Source of the DNA: Asterias rubens
Taxonomy: Eukaryota
Length of the DNA: 64,000 nt
NCBI RefSeq assembly: GCF_902459465.1
Contig: NC_047062.1
Location: 7,440,001-7,504,000 of the forward strand
Reading direction: 5' to 3'
Positions 55,593 through 64,000 of this stretch are shown here, piece after piece; position 1 is the first letter of the stretch, and every line of letters starts with the position of its first letter. The notes under the pieces are model-generated. The model was not told the origin of the DNA and did not search any database. It worked only from the letters and a program-made list of their open reading frames with translations. The position numbers and the translations under genes were made by a program.

Positions 55593-58253
55593 ATATATGT
55601 TGATACCTCACCATGCAGTGCCTCACATCCTAATATGCATTAATCTTACTTTAGACAACGAGTGGGGATAGAGTAGAGGTGCTTGGTAGATATACAATTT
55701 AAAAAAATTATTCTACCCAATTCACATTTGCAGCTTGCTCATTAACATTCAAACACGATTACTTCGAATTTAATACCGAATTATTTTATGATTATAGTGA
55801 CATCTTCCGTAATGATATCTCCACAGGAAATCAAATTTGTCGCAATAATTGTCCCCCGCTGTAGGTATCCAAACAAATTAGTTCAAATTTATAATAATAA
55901 AAAAGTCTTCCTTGGGGACAACAGCGCTGCCTAAAGGTAAAAAATTACTGATTCAGTGCTATTTATGTATCCGAAAAGTTGCTTTTAAGCTGAACAAAAA
56001 ACGTATTTCAAAGGTTAGCAAGAAAATAAGGCGGCAATCTTGCTGCTTGATTTGCATTGTGACGTCATGTTTGCTTCCACTAAGCACCGGAAGGTTAGCA
56101 TGGCTTTTTCTGTGCTAAGTACAGTTAGTAGGGTATATGAACTGGGAATCGCACAGTAAGCAGAATATCGGTTTGTAAGCAGTGTGGGCCCCATACAGCT
56201 GCTGCCGAGCTAAATTAAGCAAGAAACAGTCACAGATCATACATGTGACATTGTATTTGGGCTGGTAACTTTGTTCTGGTAAAACTGTTGTGCTTCAGTG
56301 CTATGATCATTGGGCATTTCGTCATAGCTTATAATGCATAATATGACGTCATTAATTGAGTAGACGCATTTAGAGTGAGATTGCTCATCGTGAGCCGCGC
56401 GTAGGTCATATAATTATAAGCGTTTTCCTTTGAACTAAAAGTTTTTGCCTTACACAGTGCCAGCTGTTGATCTGGATACAGCGAAAACTTTGCTGCAGAT
56501 ACCCACGTGTGACGCAATGACTTTCCAACAGAGAATGGATTTCATTATTGACCGTATAGATAAAGAATCTGATTACACTTTAAAACCATTTTATCTATAA
56601 AAAGAGACCAATGGCCCACACGCGCCACATGCTGTCCGCCTTCCTGGGTGTCAAAATGTACACAAACAACCTCGTTCCTGGGTGTGATCGATCTCACTGC
56701 GCCATTTTCCCCCAGTGCGCTCGCCCAAAACGTCGCGCTGCTGAAGCATCGAGGCTGCTACACGAAGGCGTAGGTAGACGCGCATTGTGCACAGTTGCAC
56801 CTCTCGTCGTTCAATAGGGGAGGAGTGGCAATCTGTCCCGACTAACTATTTTGACGAAATGAAGTCGTATACCCCTTGTCGACTTTCCCAGCATCTCAAC
56901 TCTGTCGACGCTTAAAAATTGTCAAGGCAAAAAATTGTCGTTGTTATATTTCATAAACATCACTAGCAACTAGTATCAATCACCAAAAAATAAACTGCTG
57001 TGAAAGTGCAAAAAGGGTTTTGAATGCGGTTTACCGCAGGAATTAGGACGAGGTTGAATTTCCAGGACACGAGGGGTGAGTAGTGGAGAAAATCCCCCTT
57101 TCATTTCCTTCGTCAGGAACCTCCGAATTTACCCAAAGTATCCCCTCAATGAGTTGGTTCACTTATTATTTGGGGCAGGTGACATCCCATCATCCAAAAG
57201 AGAACTCGTTTAATTACTGCCCCAGATTGTAAAGGTATTAAACATGATTGGTGAGGATCAAAAAACATAACCTTTCTGATTATAAAATTTATGCTATATT
57301 AAATAAACGTGTTTTTTTTAATTCTGTGAAACAATTCCCTCTAAAATTGAGTCATTATTATTCGAGAAAATATCTATGAACACATATTAATAATATACGC
57401 AAACAGTGTGGTATCGTAACAATTTTGAAATAGTGGATATCCTACAACGAGACGTTATTTAAAACATTTTTGGGACTTTAGTTTTCAGAATCGTCCATTC
57501 ATCCTAACTGAGCACGATCAGTGATAAATGCTTCGTTTAGTCTGACACATACTTTTACATAAAGTGGACCTCTGTCATTTTGCTGAGTTTGTTCGCACTC
57601 CGCTTGTTTAAATAGCGATGCGAAAGACGTAGGTGATTCGACACAACAACAAGGGAGATAGATTGTCCCCACTTTCTTCTACTTTACTTACCCCCATCCC
57701 TTCATGGCCGTGAATGGGAGGGGAAGGATGCTAGTGGTTGAGAATGGGTGACGACATTCTGTCACCTTCATTAATGTCAATCATGGGAGGTCGTACGTGC
57801 ATACGAGTGTTGATTTAAGGGGGGCGGTGCCCTTGGACTGGTGTGACAGGCAACGCCCCTCTCAACATGTCCTCCATTCATTGTTCGCGATTTTAAACTA
57901 CTATTGTTTTTTCACACACGGTACCATTACATCTGCACCCACGCAGTTCTCATAGATCGTGTCTTGCTTAAAGCTGTTTAAGCAGAAAATACTGCACAGC
58001 AATTTCCTGTGCTAAGCCAAAGTTGAGTGGGGCACCATGTCAACTTTATGGAATTTTAGCTGGATAACCTACTTCTGTTAAGCAATACTTTTCTATGCTT
58101 TGCAAGTTTGTGTGCTTACAGGCTTTCAATATTGAGCCCATACCGTACATTGTTCGACACCACAATCGATATACACTGATATGTATGTAAGCTAATTGAT
58201 GGCGATGAAATAAATTGGCTGAAGCCTCAAGTTAATTTTGATATCGGGTTTAA

Positions 58254-58603
58254 AGGCAGTGGACACTGTTGGTAATTACTCAAAATAATTATTAGCATAA
58301 AACCTCACTTGGTAACGAGTATGGGGAGAGGTTGATAGTACAAAACCTTGTGAGAAACGGCTCCCTCTGAAGTGACGTAGTTTTCAAGAAAGAAATAATT
58401 TTCCACGAGTAGGATTTCGAGACCTCAAGTTTAGAATTTGAGGTCTCGAAATCAAGCATCTGAAAGCACACAACTTCGTGTGACAAGGGTGTTTTTTCTT
58501 TCACAGTTATATCTCGCAACTCCGATGACCAATTAAGCTCACATTTTGACAGGTTTGTAAATTTATGCAGATGTTGAGATACACCAAGTGTGAAGACTGG
58601 TCT
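58254..58603. mobile_element. Kolobok-type MITE, family A
   Basis: TTAA|AGGCAGTGGACACTG left end; the right end is shortened. Confidence 0.8.
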
Positions 58604-59354
58604 TTAATGGTTAAAAATTACCCTTGCTCCCGACCCCGAAAACCAAACGGTAACTAATAAAACTACCGTATGCGTACATGGAGCTGTATGCCTACGTTTT
58701 GTAGCATTCCACCAACAGCGATGGACAGAAAATGTGACTGAAACAGGTGTCGGGTAGTTTTTAAAAGATAATGCGCTTTATATCTGCCGCAGTATTACAC
58801 TACGAAACCTGAAATAAACAAAAATTAACTTAAAATCATTTTATAACAATCTATATAAAATACCACAGTGGCTCTTATAACCTAGTTCTTTATGCATCGC
58901 TTGAGCAAATGTTGATGTCCAGTACACATCCATTGTCCAAGCGAGTACAACTTATATTAAGAGGGAGTCTAATAAAACATAAACACGCTTAAAGTTTGCT
59001 ATGATTTGACGTGATTTATCGTGATAACTTTGGTAACCTTTTTTCTGTGTCGCTCATTAGGGAAATTTATGACTGGAGCTTAACTTTTAATTTCTTTGCA
59101 GGCCACCACCTGTCATTTATATCAATAAACAATTAAAGAAATACAAAGTATTTATAACTGCTCTTTTGCTGTGACAAATATGCACTAATGCCAACTTCCT
59201 CACATGTGAAGAATTAATGGCAATTCCGGGGAGGTCAGAGTAACATTTTGCAACATTTTTGCCCCATGAAGGGTTTAGGGTTAAGGGTCGACAGCTTGTG
59301 TTTCTGCATGTTTTGTTAAACACCAGTTCATGGCTACGTCTTCCTCCATCAACC

Positions 59355-59975
59355 ATGTACAGTGGTCGAGGGGTTAGACTGCAGGCCTTGCAATCACAAG
59401 GTTGTGGGTTCGAATCCTACCAGGCCAATCGCTAATTTCACAATAGAATACGTATTGTCGTCTTACTGAAGTACAACTTCTTGATATGTGCAATTCCTCA
59501 TAGACGCTAAAGGCACAGAACACCTTTGGTTTGGTAATTTTCAACGACCAGTCTTCTCACTAATGTACCTCAACATATGCATAAAATAACAAACGTGTGA
59601 ACATTTTAGCTCAAGTTGTCATCGAAGTTGCGAGAGAATAATGGAAGAAAAAACACCCTTTTTGCACAAGTTGTGTGCTTTCAGATACTTGAATTCGAGA
59701 CCTCAGCTGAGGTCTCGAATTCAATTCAAATATTTTAGTGATAAATTTCCTCTTTCTCAAAAACTGCGTTGCTTCAGAAGGGGCCGTTTCTCACAACGTT
59801 TTATACTATCAACAGGTCTCCATTGCTCATAACCAAGTAAGTTGTTATGCTAACAATTATTTTGAGTAATTACAGATGCCTTTAAACCAATGTTTGCAAG
59901 AGATAGTTTGGCGTTGTCTATCCCTCTATGGGAGTTTGCCGAGCCTTGACCGGAATATCATCTAAACAAACAAAC
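59355..59975 (+). mobile_element. tRNA-derived SINE (same family as 895-1150) interrupted by a MITE
   Basis: Head gtggtcgagggttagactgc...ggttcgaatcc; the body resumes after 59885 and ends in aaacaaacaaac. Confidence 0.75.
59511..59881. mobile_element. Family A-related MITE nested in a SINE
   Basis: CTAA|AGGCAC...TGCCT|TTAA interrupts the SINE at the TTAA seen intact in the 895-1150 copy. Confidence 0.8.
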
Positions 59976-60009
59976 TGGCGACTTCTTAATATAGGAGCTC
60001 CAAAACCGA

Positions 60010-60530
60010 GAACACTACTCCCTCTGAAGTAACGTAGTTTATGAGAAAGAGGTAAATTCTCACTCAAATATAAAAAAACAATTCAGGCATGAAGCCTTTT
60101 TCTAGGCATCTGAACGCACAACAATTTGTGCAGCACGTGTAATTTTTTCTTTCATTGTTCTCTTGCAACTTCGATGACCAAAATGAATCAAAATTTGCGC
60201 AAACTTGTTATTTTACGCATAACGTTGGGATACACCAATTGAGATTATTGGTCAATTATCAAATTTGTCAAGTGCCTTGAATTCAGAGCGGTGTTTCAAA
60301 TCCGTGCATAGCCGTCCTGGTCTTCGCTCTTTTAAAGACACTGGGCACTATTGGTAATTGTCAAAGACAGTTGGTGTATCTCACCATATGCATAAAATAA
60401 CAAACCTGTGAAAATTTGAGCTCAATCGGTCGTCGAAGTTGCGAGATAATTCTAAATCTGAGGTCTCGAAATCAAATTAAATCTGAGTTCTCGAAATCAA
60501 ATTTGTGGAAAATTAATTCTTTCGTGTGTT
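60010..60530. mobile_element. Degenerate and partial family A MITE copies
   Basis: A diverged reverse copy at about 60010-60280 and a partial copy starting TTAAAGACACTGGGCACTATTGGTAATTGTC at about 60333. Confidence 0.65.
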
Positions 60531-61985
60531 AAAAGGCATTAAAAGTCATTATTTTCAAACCCTGTAAGTTTAATGTAAATCTAAGGACATTTTGAAAAAA
60601 TATCCAAATCCTTTAAGGACGGCATACAAAGCACGGTGACGCAGAAGTCTAGCCGTAGCCGCCATTTAGGACGTGGCCGTAAAAGGCAAAGCCACAAGGT
60701 GTGCGTGGGTGATTGTGTGGTTTGTTCAAAACATTTTGTACCGTGAACCGTAACATGGTTTCATACGAAAAAAAGTGTTCATTCTCATCAGCAATATTTT
60801 AATGCAACTACTTGATGAGATTTAACTCGTACCAAGCATATCTAGCTTTATTGAGACGGGCGCCTCTTCTAGTTTGTCAATTTGTGATCATAATTTCGAG
60901 TTTATTATGAGTGCGCCATAACAATCATACTAATCCATAATGACGACGCGCCATTGTAATATTAGCATCCAAACTCACTTATTCTTTTTATCTCCAACAC
61001 TAATTTGATATGGTTTGTTTATATTGATGGTCAATTAAATGTAAAAAAAGAAACACAATCCGTAGATTATTAGATACAAGTACGATTGATATAGCCGTTT
61101 AAATATGATTAATGAGAAAATGGCCTTGCTTAAACGATGAATAAGACTGAGGTATGTGTCAGTTACCGCTCGGTCATTGCCCCTGCGTTAAAGCTTTCTT
61201 TAAAATAGGCGGTTTTGTATAGTTTTTTTTTTTTCAATATGTATAGCAACCTGTCCTCTTCTATATCATATTATGTATTTATTGACAGAGGTTCCCGACT
61301 ACTCTTTATCGATAAGTTAAGAAATAAGCGAGCAGATTTTGTTTTTGTTCCGGTACCTCAAAGACAATTTTTTTAGATTCCATTTAGAGAACTTTCTATT
61401 ATTGCTTTTGATCTGTATTTGTTGTATTGTAGCTATATTTCAATCATTATTTTGCGTTTTGTTTGTCGTTGTGAGGTTTTTCTTTTAAATTGCTTGCAAC
61501 GTTGACCGGGCGCCATATTGTTTGCCATTCACCAAAGTGCAAACCATAGCTGTGACGTCGCAGTGAATCCTTGATGTAAAAGCACCCCGCAACGGGCCTA
61601 ATAAACATGCAAATCCAAAGGCGAATTAGAAATAATTGTACTTCCGACTGCGAGTCATTAGTCATGTATATAATCACCGTGAACAAACCCCAAAGTTTAT
61701 TATTTTAATTCCAATTAAACCGACTTCCTCCATATCCGTCCACAGGGAGCGTTGATTCTGAGTTATTGTTGTCGTCAATGCCCGGTTGCGTACAAGGCAT
61801 CGGTTGACACCCTCGGCGTGTATAGTCAAAGTTAAGAAAGTAAAAACCATATTGAAGCTGATGAACTGCAGTGAAAGATATACAAGCCTTGATTGATTAA
61901 CGAAACAAATTCTGATTTGTTCTGTACCTTGTATTGGCAGAATATATATATATACGTGCTTTCTATATCCTCGAAACTTCCTTAA

Positions 61986-62364
61986 AGGCAGTGGACACAA
62001 TTGGTAATTACTCAAAATAGTTATTGGCATAAAACCTCACTTGGTAACGAGTAATGGGGAGAGGTTGGTACTATAAAGCATTGTGAGAAACGGCTCCCTT
62101 TAAAGTGACGTAGTTTTGGAGAAAGAAGTAACTTTCCGCGAATTTGATTTCGAGACCTCAAGTTTAGAACTTGAGGTCTCGAAATCAAGCATCTGAAAGC
62201 ACACAACCTCGTGTGACAAGGGTGTTTTGCTCTTTCATTAATATCCCGCAACTTCGACGACCGATTGAGCTCAAATTTTCACAGGTTTGTTATTTTATGC
62301 ATATGTTGAGATACACCAAGTGAGAAGACCAGTCTTTGACAATTACCAATAGTGTCCAGAGTCT
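61986..62364. mobile_element. Kolobok-type MITE, family A (full length)
   Basis: TTAA flanks, both TIRs and the full body. Confidence 0.9.
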
Positions 62365-62629
62365 TTAAACTAATGTCACTAATTTTATGACGAGAAACAA
62401 TCATTTATTAACCTTGGAAAGCTGGAGAATAGCCCCAAGCAATACTCCCTGGTGGTTAGTAAATTGATGTAAAATAATTTCTCTTTGTTTCACAATATTA
62501 ATTGGCAATGTGCATATACCATTTTATGCTTTACGCTTGTGGCATGTTAATGTTGCGGCTGAGCGGTCAAGAGCGCCGGAATCAAGCGCTGGTGTTTCTG
62601 ATCAGCAGAGCATGTGTTCGACTGGTCCA

Positions 62630-62853
62630 GTGTCCAATTTTATAAGCACAAAAACTTGCTAAGCACATACAAGTTTGCTTTAGTAGCAGAAACAGGTTAC
62701 CAGCAAAAGTGACACTAAGTTTACATTGTTCTGACTGGTGCCTCACTGCCCAACACAATTTTCGCTTAGCAAAGAAACTTGTCAATCAGCATTTTCGTAA
62801 TGGCTATATGAAATCGTGTCGTGCTTCTAAGCAGCTCTATTAAATTAGGCCCT
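62630..62853. mobile_element. Degenerate Harbinger-type MITE
   Basis: ccaatttttataagcac...agcagctctattaaattaggcc|ctg. Further diverged copies lie at about 48127-48280, 56020-56310 and 57960-58140. Confidence 0.55.
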
Positions 62854-64000
62854 GGTTTGGGCTGTGCACAAGAACTGGCGCTGAACTTTTAATCAGTTTA
62901 GCCCACTCAAAATAATATGGCTTCAAGAAATACCTTACTCAATAAGAATTGCGCCTTGTGTAGCTGTATTGGATCACTACCTTCTATATTACAAGACGTC
63001 ATAAGCCTAATCTGAAAGTGTTGCTTTTAGAAGTCTCACAAATTCTAAAACCTGAATATCGAAGAAGTTATCGGTGCGGCGAAGACAATACATTGGTTCC
63101 TTCCAAGATGTGTCACTATTCTTTATCCCCACTGCAATTATAACATTTTGTTGATAATATTTTGGTTCATTTTTGTCCTTATTAGGACTTTTCGTCTGCA
63201 TTTTATCACAAGTCAAAGAATACCACCCTGTGTTATCTTATCTGTTACGTGTACAAAGCAAGACAGAGGACCAGTCTATATATTCAACTTCAGTATCGAT
63301 TTGGTTCGACGCGTCAATTATTAAGTAGAAGAATAACACAAGATAGGTCCATCGTGCTAAAAGTCCCGTAAAAGAAAAGTGAATCACAACATCAAACTGA
63401 CTTCAAGTTGACATGCTTTCCCTTTAAATAACACTCAACTACCTCTGATGTAAGTGGGTATCGCAAGCACGATCACTCACCTCCAAAGGCATTCACCTTT
63501 TACTTCAATCCACTGACATAGCCCTACATACATGTAATTGCAATAATAGTATCCTGCCGTCTTGGATTTGGTAAATATTGTAATAGGGGCTGTTTAACCC
63601 ATTTTATTCATTCGCACGCCCCGATATCGTAGAATTAAAATAATACGAGCGGGCAGTAATCCGAAAGGGGGTTAGTCAAGCACTGATACTGGTCTCAGTT
63701 TCATAGAAAGTATAAAATAAAAAAACACGCGGGGCCGCGGGGGGACGGTTCGGATCGAAGGGAGCCGGTGGGTAGCGGGGCTTGGAGTGGTTTAAGACAG
63801 CGGCTTGACTATAGGGAGAAGGTACGGCGAGAGGATTCTACGAGGGTGTGAGTAGCATGGGGGGGGGGGAGACCCGTTTGCGAGAGGGCGGCTTTTCAAG
63901 GGGAGAGAAACCCCCTTGAAATTCCTCGCCCCCATTTATTGATCCGCTTGTAAGCAGGCCGTTGAACCTGGCCTGGGGAGGGGACAGGGGAAGCTGGTCC

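Overview
This window is eukaryotic (metazoan) genomic DNA with GT-AG introns, AT-rich and repeat-dense. An invertebrate deuterostome such as a sea star is likely, but that is an inference from gene structure and repeat types. I reconstructed four genes by walking splice sites with phase checks. (1) DHX57, a DEAH-box RNA helicase on the minus strand: 15 coding exons, running off the left edge. (2) MED6, Mediator subunit 6, on the plus strand: complete, 6 coding exons, about 271 aa, head-to-head with DHX57. (3) ABCC10/MRP7, an ABC transporter on the minus strand: complete, 18 coding exons, about 1611 aa, tail-to-tail with MED6. (4) The first coding exon of an SDR9C-type short-chain dehydrogenase on the plus strand, with a TATA promoter; its later exons are not in the window. 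The rest is mostly TTAA-flanked Kolobok-type MITEs (at least 12 copies of one family), CWG-flanked Harbinger-type MITEs, tRNA-derived SINEs, L2/CR1 3' fragments and two minisatellites. I found no CRISPR array, prokaryotic system, intact transposase or genuine tRNA/rRNA gene, and I cannot claim a clearly new biological system. The best leads are: a foldback element carrying a tRNA-like Pol III mini-gene with its own terminator; an ABCC10 intron made almost entirely of a tandem array of copies of its own 5' splice site, behind an in-frame stop; a 52-bp minisatellite with a GTAAGT donor consensus in most units; and an unexplained coding-like stretch at 44.7-45.4 kb.
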